Positions 1-13,712 of a DNA stretch of 64,000 nt are shown here, in pieces. The number at the start of each line of letters is the position of its first letter. Position 1 is the stretch's first letter. Made by a program: the position numbers and the translations under genes. The notes under the pieces were generated by a model. The model did not search any database. It was not told where the DNA came from and was given only the letters and a program-made list of their open reading frames with translations. Source of the DNA: Eledone cirrhosa (lineage: Eukaryota); the NCBI GenBank assembly GCA_964016885.1, contig OZ024743.1, forward strand, positions 196,292,001 through 196,356,000, given 5' to 3'.

Positions 1-650
<650 letters not shown>

Positions 651-787
651 TATATGTAAATGTTTAAGTGTGTAAGTGTGTGTGTGTTGTTTGTCTGTAC
701 GAAGCTATAAGTATATGTATGTGTATAGGTTTAAGAGGGAGCGTGTGTTTGCATGTTGGTCTGTACAAAATATATTATATATATATA

Positions 788-824
<37 letters not shown>

Positions 825-875
825 GCAAAAACAATGTTGCCATATACACAACAAGCACACACACATATAAATGTT

Positions 876-938
<63 letters not shown>

Positions 939-972
939 TTGAGTGTATATAACTATTTATATATATATATAC

Positions 973-1048
<76 letters not shown>

Positions 1049-1086
1049 GTATTTGAGTGTATATAACTATTTATATATATATATAC

Positions 1087-1147
<61 letters not shown>

Positions 1148-1845
1148 TATATATATACATAAACATTTATATGTGTGTGTACTTGTTTGTGTTTTGTGTT
1201 CCCAAATTGAAACGAAACTACCGGAGATATTTTCTTGTAGTAAATTTAATGGATTCATTGTATGTAAGATAAAAATCTTACCGGTTTCTTCTTCAAATCT
1301 GTTTTTTCGTATATTCTTATGAAATAATTGCTTGATAACACCACCAGTCCGGGCCGGAGTGTTTTTTTTTATGTTACTTTTTTTTTCTTTTTTTTTTTTT
1401 TTTGATAAAATACTCTTTTGGTCCATCAAGATTTCTAAAATATCAAACAGTGCAAAAAAAAAATATATATATATATAAATATATAAATAATTTTAAGAGC
1501 ATATTCTAACCGACACAATATTTTAGAAATCTTGTTTTTACATAACGTTGAAATTCATAGCGTTAAAACTGCTCGATATTAGTAAAAAAAAATGTGTATA
1601 ATCCATTATTAAACTTTTAAAGTTTTGATGTTTCAAAATACAAAGATGTTTCGCACAAAAAATACATACGATTGGAAAGCCTGAAATATACTTGTATCAT
1701 AAAAGAAAAAAAAAGATAATTTTCATAATTATTTACATCTGTTATGTATATTTCGATAATTTTACTTGTATTTTTCAAATTTCACGCTTATCCCAAGTGT
1801 ATTTTATAGTTCAGCTTTATATATATATATATACATACATGCATA

Positions 1846-2076
<231 letters not shown>

Positions 2077-2395
2077 ATAGCCACACACACGCATGTATAT
2101 ATATATATATAGAGAGAGAGATAGATAGATAGATTTCTTTTATTTGCCACTAGGGCATCAAAAGTGGGACAAGTACAAAGGGGGGAGTTTACACAAAAAG
2201 GCGTCCTCAATAAGGAGGAGGCAATAACAAAATATAAAAATAAAATAAGATATAACAAAAAATAAAATTTTTAACAAAATCCTCAATAGAGGGGAGGCGC
2301 CTTGGAGGGTCGCACACACCCCCGAAAAAAGTGTGCAACCCTTCTCCTCAGGAGCACAGAGAAGGGGTGCTCCCTTGGTCTTTCATCTTCCTCAC

Positions 2396-5300
2396 CTATA
2401 GTCTGATGTAGAGTGAAGGCCCATTCACACGGGCCATTCTCGCCACTTTCACCCATCTTTCATAGAAACGGCTGGGGTGCAGCACCTCTCTCTCCATCCT
2501 GATCCTTCTTCCAAAATGATATCGGAAGAAACGGACCAGTTGTTGGCCAGAGAGAAAGGTGCCCGACCTCAGTCCTTTCAGACGCGTCCACCATACAACC
2601 TCTTTCGCCATGGCTATTACGCACAGAAACACCGCCTCTGCTTCATCTTTGAAGGGGGGAGGCGGCTTGATCATTACAATAGACTCGGTGGTCAACCGGA
2701 TCGGTCCCACCCTTGACAGCAGTTGTTCGACATAGCCCCACAGATCGGCTACGCCCGAGCAGTGTACTAATGCGTGTGCAACGGTTTCCTCGTCGCACAC
2801 GCATCTGGGACAGATCTTTTTGGCGGGGTCCCTACCCGGGCGCCCGTGTCTGTAGAGCCTTTCTCGAACGGGTAAAGCCCCTCGGTAGCACTGCCAGGCC
2901 AGGGACTTCTGGAAGTTGTCCATAGGTCCCGGGCTGAATGTCCTACCGAACAGGCTGGCCAGTTCGTCCTCCTCCATGTCTAGGGCTTCTCCGAGGGCGT
3001 CGTCGCACCTGCTGCGTACCAGCCCTCTATAGAATGTTGCGGTGGAGTCTCCACTGATAACCGGATCCGCCTGCCAGAGGGCGGTGAGCGCCTGGGCACA
3101 CTCAGTGTGCCAGGCGCCCAGTTTTCTCGGTCTTTGCTTGACCCAGGATTGCAGCTCGGTGAGTGAGACGAGTCTGGGAAAGGTTCGTCTCACAAACGAG
3201 GCCCACACCGGTTGTCCGGTGAGGAATACGTAGAGGTGCCGTAGCCTTAATGCGTGTTTACGCATCATTAGCCACGGCATCCCCAGCCCTCCTTTCGAAG
3301 GGTGTTGACAGCAGATGGATCTCCTCACCATAGGAGCCCGCCTCTTCCAAAGGAATTGGAAGAGCGCGCGCTCCATCTTGGTGAGGGTTTCCCTTGGGCA
3401 GGGCACTACGGTCAGGCGGTAGTAGATGACGGACGCTATGTAGGTGTTCGCCACCTCCGCCCGACCTTTCAGGGATAGTTTGCAACTGGCCCACTTCTGG
3501 GTCAGTGCAAACACCCTGTTCGTAACCTCCGCCCAGTTTTTCTCCACCTGGAGGTCCGGTCCGAACCAGACCCCGAGCAACTTCACCGGGCCCTCCGTCC
3601 AGCGTCCGACGACGCTATCGGAGGGCATCGGTCTGCCCCTCCACGTGCCGAGTTGCAAACCGATCGACTTGTCCCGGTTCAGCTTAGCCCCTGTGAACTT
3701 TTCGTACTCCTCCAGTAAGGTGCCGACCGCCTCGATTTCGGAGGCCGTCGACACCATTACTGTCACGTCATCGGCGTAGGCCGACACCGCTTTCCGCAAT
3801 CCCGGTTCCAAAGGGATGCCCTGCAACAACTCCAACTTCCGCAGTAGTGGCTCGAGAGTCAACACATACAGAAGGGAGGAGAGAGGGCACCCTTGTCGGA
3901 TGGACCGCGCGATTTTGAACGGCTCCGAGAGGTAGCCGTTCACCTTGACCCTAGAGCAGATGCGGCTGCTGTGCATAGCAGTGATCCAGCCCCTGAAAAC
4001 GGGTCCGAAGCCTGCCGCCGCTAGCACCGCATCCAGGTAACCATGGTCGACCCTATCGAACGCCTTAGATTGATCCAAGTTGATCAGAGCCCCACCAAAG
4101 CAGGGTTCGTTCCCAACCCTCTCTATGATGTATCGCATGAGGTGGAGGTTGTCATGGATGGACCTGGACGGGATAGCGCATGTCTGCGCATCTCCCACCA
4201 GGTTGCCCACGACAAGCGCCAACCTCTTTGCTAGCACCTTGGCCAAAATCTGTAACTCTGTATTTAGCAGTGTTATGGGCCTGAAGTTACTTATTTCGTC
4301 CCCCTTGTTCTCGTCCTTCCTCACTAGCGTGACTACGCCCTTGGTCACAGTACAGGGAATTCTCCCGTTCTGTTGCCAGTTGCAGTAGACCGCCTTGAGG
4401 AGATCGGGGAACAAGTCCGGCATAGCTAGATATAATTCGTAAGGAAGACCACCGAGACCCGGGGATTTGCGTTTGCCGCATTGGCTCAGCACGTCCTCTA
4501 TCTCAGCGGCCGAAATCGGCTCCTCGCAGGACTTCGCCTCCCTGTCCGAGAGGCGCGGCAGGCCGTCGAGGTATGGACCGAAGTCCACGTTCCCAACCGG
4601 CTCCCCGCCCCTCCCGAACAGTCGGGCAAAGTGCCTTTGAAAGGCCTCACACATCTGCTTAGGCCCAAGAATCGCCCGTCCATCCAGGTCTCGCAAAGAC
4701 CGGATGGTGGATTTAGTTCCACTGTTGGCCTCTGTCACGCGGGCCCAGCTAACAGCTTTGGTCCCCTCGTTCCCTAGAGCACGTATTTTACTTCGGACAA
4801 CGCAGCCTTCGTGCTTCGCGTCGAAAAACTGGCTCAATGCCGTTCTCGACGCTAGCACTCTGGCCACGTCGCCGCTTCTAATTGCCTCTTCTACTCTATC
4901 TATTAGCTCCCTTTCCTTCCTATTCCTATCCGCAGCTAGAACCTTACTAAATTCTATCGAGACTACTCTAATCTCTCTCTTTAGAGATACCCACCACCTG
5001 CTGTTGACGATCGCTCCAGTCAACCGTTCCTTAACTAACGTACTAATCCGATTCCTGTAGGCTCTACTTGCCGGCAAGGACAAGTTGAGCTTCCAGTAAC
5101 CGGGGCCCTGTCTATGAGTTCTGTCAAGGTTGACCATGCAGGTCACTAATTTGTGGTCTGAATAGCCAACCATGCGCATTTTTGGACAACTTAAAAAGTC
5201 CTTATCCTTAATTCTAACTAAGAACCTATCTATGTGCGACCTAGATGATCCGCTACGATTTGCCCAAGTCCAGGTTGGCGCAGTCGGAAAATCTAGTCGA

Positions 5301-5833
5301 TATCTATCGGCCAGGTCAAATCGACCGATTAACCCTTTGAGGCTATTACACCCCTCTCTATCGGTGCAGGCCCCTACGTAGTCCCAGCGTGCATCTAGGA
5401 TACCATTCCAGTCCCCCACTAATAGCAAGGAGCGGGACGTCCCTAGAAAAGTCTCCAGACGATGGAAGAAGTCCGGCCGCATTGACCCGAAAGGGCCGTA
5501 GGCGGCTACCAACCTAAACGCTCCGCCTTTACCACTGCCAAGGTCCAGAACCACTAGTCGACCCTCCGGGTCCAAATGTACCATCTGTGTTGCGAGACCC
5601 AGATGTTTTTGCAGCAGAACGATAACTCCACCCCCACCTCCGGGCTGACAGAGAGATGCGTGCATCTCAAAGTCATCAAAGGTGGGGGCCAGCTGTCGCA
5701 CGTTGCTGATCCGGGCCTCGCAAATAACCATCACATCTATACGTTGTGACCTGAGGTCATTTAGAAGCATTGCTTGCTTCCAAGTTGAGCCCAGGCCACG
5801 CGCATTTAAACAGCCTACTCTTAGCATAGCCAT
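2396..5833 (-). CDS. Tx1-like ORF2: apurinic endonuclease + reverse transcriptase + C-terminal Cys/His zinc finger
   Basis: Uninterrupted ~1145 aa from MAMLRVGCLNARG. APE motifs GDWN, IDRFL, SDH. RT motifs FRPITLLN, LDQSKAFDRV, QGCPLS, YADD. C-terminal CPRC...HALVHC. Confidence 0.93.
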   Translation of the reverse strand: MAMLRVGCLNARGLGSTWKQAMLLNDLRSQRIDVMVICEARISNVRQLAPTFDDFEMHASLCQPGGGGGVIVLLQKHLGLATQMVHLDPEGRLVVLDLGSGKGGAFRLVAAYGPFGSMRPDFFHRLETFLGTSRSLLLVGDWNGILDARWDYVGACTDREGCNSLKGLIGRFDLADRYRLDFPTAPTWTWANRSGSSRSHIDRFLVRIKDKDFLSCPKMRMVGYSDHKLVTCMVNLDRTHRQGPGYWKLNLSLPASRAYRNRISTLVKERLTGAIVNSRWWVSLKREIRVVSIEFSKVLAADRNRKERELIDRVEEAIRSGDVARVLASRTALSQFFDAKHEGCVVRSKIRALGNEGTKAVSWARVTEANSGTKSTIRSLRDLDGRAILGPKQMCEAFQRHFARLFGRGGEPVGNVDFGPYLDGLPRLSDREAKSCEEPISAAEIEDVLSQCGKRKSPGLGGLPYELYLAMPDLFPDLLKAVYCNWQQNGRIPCTVTKGVVTLVRKDENKGDEISNFRPITLLNTELQILAKVLAKRLALVVGNLVGDAQTCAIPSRSIHDNLHLMRYIIERVGNEPCFGGALINLDQSKAFDRVDHGYLDAVLAAAGFGPVFRGWITAMHSSRICSRVKVNGYLSEPFKIARSIRQGCPLSSLLYVLTLEPLLRKLELLQGIPLEPGLRKAVSAYADDVTVMVSTASEIEAVGTLLEEYEKFTGAKLNRDKSIGLQLGTWRGRPMPSDSVVGRWTEGPVKLLGVWFGPDLQVEKNWAEVTNRVFALTQKWASCKLSLKGRAEVANTYIASVIYYRLTVVPCPRETLTKMERALFQFLWKRRAPMVRRSICCQHPSKGGLGMPWLMMRKHALRLRHLYVFLTGQPVWASFVRRTFPRLVSLTELQSWVKQRPRKLGAWHTECAQALTALWQADPVISGDSTATFYRGLVRSRCDDALGEALDMEEDELASLFGRTFSPGPMDNFQKSLAWQCYRGALPVRERLYRHGRPGRDPAKKICPRCVCDEETVAHALVHCSGVADLWGYVEQLLSRVGPIRLTTESIVMIKPPPPFKDEAEAVFLCVIAMAKEVVWWTRLKGLRSGTFLSGQQLVRFFRYHFGRRIRMEREVLHPSRFYERWVKVARMARVNGPSLYIRL

Positions 5834-5857
5834 GTTGGTGGTGAAGAGAAAAGGCAC

Positions 5858-7479
5858 TTACCTCTCTGCGTCCCGGGTATCGGGCTGCACAATTTCCATT
5901 AGGGTGGGGGATGGGTTGTTGGGTGGGGTGGTGGTTTGTGGAAGTGTGGGGGCATCAGTGTGTTGTGTGGTTGGGGAGCTTGGAGTTGTGAGGGTGTTTG
6001 GGGAGGGGGTGGGATAGTTTTTTAGGAGGACGCGGTTAATGGGCCCGACGCAGGGGGGACCCACGTCCTCTTTAAAATTGTTTTTTAAAGTTTTATAGGT
6101 GTCCTGTGGGGCCTTAATCATTTTGAGGTGGGGGAAATCCCCTGCCTGGGTGAAGTTAGGCCCTTGTGTTTTTATTAGATTGTTGTTGTACACAATGTTT
6201 AACAGTTTTTTGTTTCTTGTATTTATGTATGTGTATGCATGTTTTTGTTTTTGTGTGGTGTTTTTTGTTTGCTGTTGTGAGCTCTTTTGTGTTGGTGTCA
6301 GTGTTATGTTTTGGGGAGGGGTTTTTTTCATTTGTGTGTCTGAGGTGTGTTTTCTTTTTTTTCTTTTGATTGTGTGGAAGTGCTCCTCCTCGTCTGACGA
6401 CGAACTAGGGTCATCTTCCGCGTTGGAGGGGAGGGGTATATTTTCGGGTTGTGTTTGCGGTACGGGTGTTTTGGAAATTGTTTTTGTTTTTTGAGTGGAG
6501 GGGATGGGTTGGACATTGTTTTGTTTTGGTTTGAGCTGTGGTGGTTGTTTTTGTAGTGGTAGTTGTGGTGATTGTGTTGGTTGTGCAGTTGTTGGTGGTG
6601 TAGGCAGGATTGGGGTTTTCTTATTAAGTTGGGGACAGACAGCCCTCAGGTGACCTCTGGTTCCGCAGAGGTAACACGAGGGCCGTCTACCCTCAACGGT
6701 AATGTTGATGAAGGTTAGATCATCCAGTATGACGCGTTCAGGGATCTGGGCGATCCTTTCGGGCCTCATTTGAACTACAAGTTCGAGGCTCGTTCCACTG
6801 AACGCGTCACCCGATGCCTTTCCCATGGACACCAGCATGTCATCCTCCAGGTCCAGAAACTCCCGTAGAGTCTATCCTTCTGAATGAAGGTGATGTCCTT
6901 CATGACGTCTTTTAAAACCAGCTCTATCTCGCTCTGTGATGGTTGAGCTGGTTTTTTACTTTTGTTCGAGATTGTCCTAAACATGACCGTGTTTAGGAGT
7001 CTCTGGCTTTTTAGTTCCGGGGGGGAATGGATTGTGAATGAACCATTTTCCCCGTACACTATATATTTTTTCGCATCCGCCAGTAGCTCCTTCGCTTTTG
7101 TTATATCTACTGGCAGATAGTCGAGGGTTTTCCTTGTCGTCTCGGCGAAGGAGAAATTTTGTTTGTTTGTGTTGTTGTTGTCGTTGGTGGTGTTGTTGTT
7201 ATCATTGTTGTTGTTGTCACCGTTATTGGTCTTGTTGTTGTTATTGTTATTGTTATTGGTGTTGTTTTCGTCCGTCGCATTGTTGTTGTTGTTGCTGTTG
7301 CTGCTGGTTCTTTGGGTTGTTGCCATGGCAACGTCAAGTTGTCGGTTAACAGGTGGAGTGAATTCTTCCTCTGGCTGACCTATCTTCTTGACCTCTGCTA
7401 CTGTGACAGTGGCAGGGGGAAGCTGTAAGTTCATCTTCCCCTTTCCTCCTTCGAATTTTGGTGAAGAAGCTTCGGCCAT
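5858..7479 (-). pseudogene. Tx1-like ORF1 (gag-like, CCHC knuckle), frameshifted by an internal deletion
   Basis: CYLCGTRGHLRAVC knuckle. Two overlapping frames (6775-7479, 5858-6838). About 150 bp present in the paralog at ~22520-22676 is missing at ~6860. Confidence 0.8.
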
Positions 7480-7850
7480 TTAAAAAAATATTGACTTTTC
7501 AACAAGAAAAAACTTTTTTTTTAACTATTTCGCCTAAAGGCGTAGAATATTTTGAGAGACTGACCAGATCAAAGTTTGACCTGGCAGTCCCTCTACAAAA
7601 TGGTACAAAAATTAAAGTTATCAGACAAGAATTTCTATAGAAATTTAAACAGAACTTACTCAGCAAGTTATACGCGTGTGTCCATCCCAGAGATAGATAG
7701 AGAGATAGATAGATAGATAGATAAATTTATATATATATTTATATATATACATATATGTATATATATTTATATATATATACAAATATGTATATATATGGAA
7801 TGTAATATATATATATACATATACACATGCATGTATATATATACATATAC

Positions 7851-7915
<65 letters not shown>

Positions 7916-8490
7916 TGTATTTACACACACAAACACATACACACACACACAAACACATACACACATACACACACATACATACATACATACATACATACAT
8001 ACATACATACATACATACATACATACATACATACATACATACATACATACATGTATGTGTGAGTGTATGATTCTGTCATGTGTGGGAAGGAGATCGCAGT
8101 TATAACTTATATTACGGTTAGCAGATTTACCAAACCCAGTGTTTGCAAGATTAAACTGTAAATTTGCCACATTAAACATCACCATTTCTGAGAAGGACTG
8201 TTTGTTCTAACAATACTTCAAGCTTACAGACACGATAAATTGCGTCAAACATTTACTGTACAGACAGTATAGGCTGGCTAGTTGAATTTGACAAGCACGC
8301 AAACATTGGTGAAAATATCATCTAATATAATGAAGACGTTGAAAACTCTTAGGTCCAAGGGTATTAGGTGTGTCACGAGTAAGTAATTTGAGTAGGTTGG
8401 CAGTACTAGATATCTAGATACTATTTACACCCTGCTAACCTTTGTAACTATAAAAGTACCATGCAACAGACATTGCTCATTATTACTGTT

Positions 8491-8574
<84 letters not shown>

Positions 8575-8626
8575 ATGTATATATGTATGTATTTATATAT
8601 GAGCATGTATATATACAATGTACGTA

Positions 8627-8714
<88 letters not shown>

Positions 8715-8950
8715 ATAAACATAAATATAAGCGAACATGAAATATATACATATATATGTATGCTCTTCTCTATGATTTCAAATATTTTCAGTACATCTCC
8801 AGTATATCAAACTTACTCATAACATCAAGTGTTTATCACCTTCCCAGCGCTCGCACCTTTCTCTTAGGTAGATGTAGTATTAAGTTCCTAATACAACCTT
8901 CACACTTCTTATCACTTATTCTTCCTACAGAAATAATATTGACAGTATTA

Positions 8951-9136
8951 GGGCGGTGGATTGGCAATGTCGGTAGAGGGTCGGATGCCATGCTTTGCAG
9001 CATAGCGTTACGGCGCTTTATGATCTGAGTTCAAATCCTGCCGAGGTTAACTTTGCCTTTCATCCTGACGGGGTCGATTTAATCGACTTTCCCCTGCTCC
9101 CGAATTGCTGTCCTTGTGACTCAATAAGAAACCGAT
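8951..9136 (+). mobile_element. tRNA-derived SINE, family A
   Basis: GGGCGGTGGATTGGCA head, B-box GAGTTCAAATCC, body gccgaggttaactttgcctttcatcc. Roughly 20 copies in the window. Confidence 0.85.
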
Positions 9137-9284
9137 ATTATTGACATTATCTACATGATTTTCCCTTATTGGATGCGTTCCTTCTATTTATTGTTAATAC
9201 GACTTCGATATTATGTACAGTAACATTTGAAAAGCAAAGCAAAAAAGCAAATACACAGTCCTTGTTGTTGCTGGCATGACAGCC

Positions 9285-9600
9285 GGATCTCCGTCGGTTG
9301 CGAGGACGATTGTTCCAGTTGTTTGATCAAAGGAACAAAATAGCTTGCACATTAAAACATTAACGTGCAATTGGCTAAGCATTTTACACTTACACAACGT
9401 TGTTCTCAGGAGGATCCAGCGTGATAATACTGATAACAGTGATCCTTTGAACTACAAGCAAAACTTTTTTTTTTTTCAGCTGAGTGAACTGGAATAATGT
9501 TAAATAAAGTGCCTTGCTCAAAGACACAATGCGCTACGTGGAATCGAAACGTGACCTTACGATCGGAGACAGTAACCACTAATTCACGCGCTTTCATATA
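9285..9600 (-). mobile_element. tRNA-derived SINE, family B (diverged)
   Basis: Homologous to 13713-14039. Confidence 0.7.
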
Positions 9601-10084
9601 CCTAACATGAACGTTCACACAGACCCGCTGAGGTCACTAACTTTATCTTTCCTCGTTTAAACTACCGGATAAATTAATGGTATTGATTTTATCCTGTTCC
9701 CAAATTGTTGGCCTTGTGCCAAAAGTAGAAACAATTATATATCTTTCGCCGGTATATAGAATTGGTACCTTCGAGCTACTTCTTTAGCCATACGAAAGGA
9801 TTTTTCACTGCATTACACACGTGTGTCAGTCTCAGAAATACGGTGAACCAGCTATTGGTCCATCGGAAAACCAAACCCTACGACGCTATTATTCACAAAT
9901 TCTAATATAAAAATATAGAATAAATTAAGAAGGCATTATATTTCGCTTGAAGAATTGTGTAAATTGTAGAAAATAATGTTTTTCTCCCACAATGTGAATT
10001 GGACGATAAATGTTTAAAATATTTTTAATATTTACCTGCCTATTCTCATTGTGGTAGCTTTCAAACAAAACACTATTATATAGA

Positions 10085-10260
10085 ATTATTATTCTTCTAC
10101 GCCCACTTATTCATGGGAAGGTCGTGGGGGTAGAGTCCTCAAACATTGTCAGAGGCAACCGTCTCCAACCGATCCGGCTGGATCCCCAAGCGAGACCAGC
10201 CAAGCTCACGGATGTTATCCAACCATCTTGTTCGGAATCTCCTGCAGGTTGGTTTTAGAA
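10085..10260 (-). mobile_element. RTE-type LINE 3' end fragment
   Basis: Homologous to 50105-50405 and to the reverse complement of 53850-54020. Confidence 0.6.
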
Positions 10261-11247
10261 GTAGTTGTTTAAAATATACACTATGTGCTCCCACACGGAT
10301 TCTGTTTACGAAATTTTACTTAAAAGGCATTGGACAATCAAAAACTATTGGATGACATTTCCCGATATTTCCACGATGTCGGGTAAAACCTGTAACATAG
10401 TTGCATCACAAACTTCTTAATCAAACAGCTATTACCTATGCTCCTATTATACGAAAGTAATAAATATGTATGGTTTTATGTTTTATGGTGTAATTTTTAT
10501 ATCATTGTTGTAGCCTAAGGTCAGCACTGATCAAATGGACTTATGATCAAAGACATTGCAGCAGTGACCATCCCTGCTTTTTATCAGAAATTATGCTATA
10601 AGGTTTCGTTCTTAATACAGTAGGATGTAGCTCGAAGAGTATTTTTAGATATTTCTAGAAGATTGTGTGATCACATGAATCTTCTACGCTGGCTGTTCAT
10701 ACTTTACGACTTAATATGAGGTGTGAACCAATTTCACAGTTTCTTTTTTCTTTTAGAAATAATTGATGTATATAATCGACCGTTTATCTCTGACATTTTT
10801 TTTTTCTCTAATTGATGGCATTGACACATATCTTTGGCGTTTTTCCTTGTTTACACCATAACTTACAAACTTTTAACTCTCATAACATACATTGATAAAC
10901 TCATCCTCTGCATAATCAAACATATCTTGCTATGCCATTAATATGTTTTTCCAATAATCAACACTGTAAATTGGAACTAATGTAGTATTCATTATGTCCA
11001 TTACCAATAAATCGCTTAGGTAGAAATCTGTTTCGATGATTGATCAAGCAGAAACAGATCCAATATCACTAAATGTACCTACGTAACAACGTTTAAATAG
11101 TCAGTTAAACATTTATACGAAATTGTAGGCATATTAGTTATTCTTATATATTTAAATATTAAATATTGATTGCTTACGTAAAGAATAGAACCTTAGATGT
11201 GCCAGACAATCACACCACAATTGATTTAGTTGGTGTTTGATATATAA

Positions 11248-11312
<65 letters not shown>

Positions 11313-11317
<5 letters not shown>

Positions 11318-11515
11318 AACCAGTAAGACCCCGACAGCTGAGCTCAAGCCGTTTCGACGGCTAATTCTCAGAATTAGCCGTCGAAACGGCTGAGCTCAGC
11401 TGTCGGGGTCTTACTGGTTCCTATTACCCACTCTATTACCCACTCTACTACCTCAAGTATTGAGTACTTTGGTGCGTTATGGTCCACCTGGTTCCTTACC
11501 ACATTTCCTTCGTTA
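11313..11515 (+). mobile_element. Fold-back pLTR fragment carrying the 3' half of a hammerhead
   Basis: Near-perfect palindrome 11313-11424 between (TA)n tracts. Contains GAA-ACGGCTGAGCTCAGCTGT-C-GGGGT. GAGTACTTT motif at 11462. Confidence 0.65.
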
Positions 11516-11695
11516 TATATATATATATATATATGAGTGTGTGTGTGTGTGTCGAACTTCCTTTTCCCTTTTCTAATGTCAAGCTTGAAACCAATAATAC
11601 TTTTGTATATATATCATCCTCCCCCCACTCTCAAGAGCGTGAAACTAATAAACCTTTGTTCGTACTGCCTCTCTGTTTTGTTCCCGTTCCATTTT

Positions 11696-11763
<68 letters not shown>

Positions 11764-12857
11764 AGTTTAATCTTTATTTAATTAACAAATATAGAGTTTA
11801 ATTCAGTAAAATCTATTACTATACATATTGTAAATAACTTTATAAACGGAAAAGGAAGGGAAAAAACACCCCGCGAACAAGATCGTAGAAGTATGGGTTT
11901 TTTAAACCCCTTCACACTACAAAATATACTACCAGTTGTCATTTTACCTAGCAAATTACATTAATTTATGTTCTTTTATTTATGTAATATTTAGGTTTCC
12001 ATTTATTGTTTAATACAATTATTGTTCACACTTACACGAAAATGTTATCTTCTAAATAAGAAACAAAAAACATCGTTGCTTGGTTGTTTACACTAAGTAT
12101 GATTTTCTAAAAGAAAATATCTAGTTTAAGATCGGGGAAAACTTTCAATAATTCTTCTGATCTACTGATTTAACTTTTGTCGCAAGATTCCAATTAGTTA
12201 TTAGAGGAATGGTTGTTCTTGATTAAAGATTATTTTGAGCTAAAATATTAGTTAAGTACAGTAATTAGTGTCACGTTATGTTGTAAAGCTAAATGTAATA
12301 TAAAATAATTTAATTATATCAACTTACAAAATTAGAAGTGCAGCAACAAAAGAGGTTTCATAACATCAGCCAAGTAACAATTAGATAGTATCTGAAAAAT
12401 AAAACAAATCTGGTGAGACCTTATATATACAGTCGGAGCCGTTTATTATAATCGCTGATAATGTTATTAAACTGTTACTGTTATCAAGATTAGTTTGGCC
12501 AAAGCACGTTATTTAAAATGAATTAAATATCCGCTTATGATCCTTCGAATATTGTTATCAAATTTTTCATTTAATCGCTACACAGCCACTTCTGCAACGA
12601 TCAAAAGCAAAGATCATAACAAAAGTGCGTTAGCTATAGAGATGTCTAGGTCTTTGATGATGACAGTGGTGGTGGATGTGGTGTATGGTAGCTGTGGTGG
12701 TGATGGTGGTGATGGTAGGAGTTATGATGATGGAATTGTATGTTATTCCTAGAAGTGGAGATAACGGGCTGTTAAGTTGATCGGGGTGTCTGATGGTGTT
12801 ACTGTATGTCTATGTAAGTATCACAGCAAGCGGTTCATTATAATCTCAGAGTATTAG

Positions 12858-13028
12858 GGTGGTGGTGTAGCAGAATTGTTAATGTGTCGAACTTTGTTCC
12901 GGCTGTTTACATTCTGAGTTCATTTCCCGCCGAGGACAACTTTGTCTTTCATCTTCCCAGGGCTGATAAAATAAAGTACTTTGCCTTCCCCTAAATTCGC
13001 TGGCCTTGTGCTTAAATTAGAAAACACT
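12858..13028 (+). mobile_element. SINE family A (diverged)
   Basis: ctgagttcatttcccgccgaggacaactttgtctttcatc body and 3' tail. Confidence 0.7.
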
Positions 13029-13712
13029 ATAATCACGGGTTAATGATATTAAAGGTTTATCGTTATCAAATTATTTGCTTTAAAAGGAATTAAAAAGTAT
13101 CCCCTTCATCCTTGATAGAATCGGAATTGCAGATATTGTAATATTTTGCTTATTGTCATCAGCCGGTTATTTAAATCGAAAAGGTTTCGTTCTAAAATGA
13201 TGACAATAAACGACTCCTCTTATAGTTGAAATATGTCAATAATTTCTGAGCGTCTCACTATTTGGTATAACACTGAGTGTGGAACGGACCTCCGTCGGTT
13301 TCGACGATGAGTGTTCCGGTTGCTTGATCAACGGAACAGCCTGTTCATGAGAATAACGTGTAAGTAGGCAGACATTTCACAGACACGTAATTCTCAACGA
13401 GATTCAGCGTGACAATGTGTGGCAAAGCAGACCTTTTGCACAGTCAGTCTGAAGATCTTCCAAATAGGTTTAGGTCTACTCAATTTCTCTCATCAGCGCT
13501 AGACAATGGTAAATGACATTTGCCAACGATACTACGCTGTGGAATCCAACACGAGATCTATTGATTGCGATGCAAATTTCGTTACCATTCGGCCACGCTG
13601 TATCCACAACAGTGAGAATATCGATAAATCAATTGATAGACAGACAAGAATCCTCTAAGTGGTCACTCGAGCTGTTGGAAATAGCAACGACATTTTAATC
13701 AAATTACAACGT

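Larger units (their letters stand above)
2134..7690 (-). mobile_element. Near full-length Tx1/L1-clade non-LTR retrotransposon inserted in (GATA)n
   Basis: 5'UTR, ORF1 with zinc knuckle, APE-RT ORF2 and structured 3'UTR. GATA repeats at both junctions. Confidence 0.92.

Noticed and set aside
1150-1815. Possible Helitron-like non-autonomous element
   Set aside because: No clear terminal hairpin plus CTAG end, and no second copy in the window.
2340-2356. CTGAGGA in the Tx1 3'UTR as a hammerhead core
   Set aside because: No GAAA follows the stem, and the motif is not conserved in copy 3.
8951-9040. tRNA genes
   Set aside because: A/B-box-like heads continue into SINE bodies and show no complete cloverleaf.
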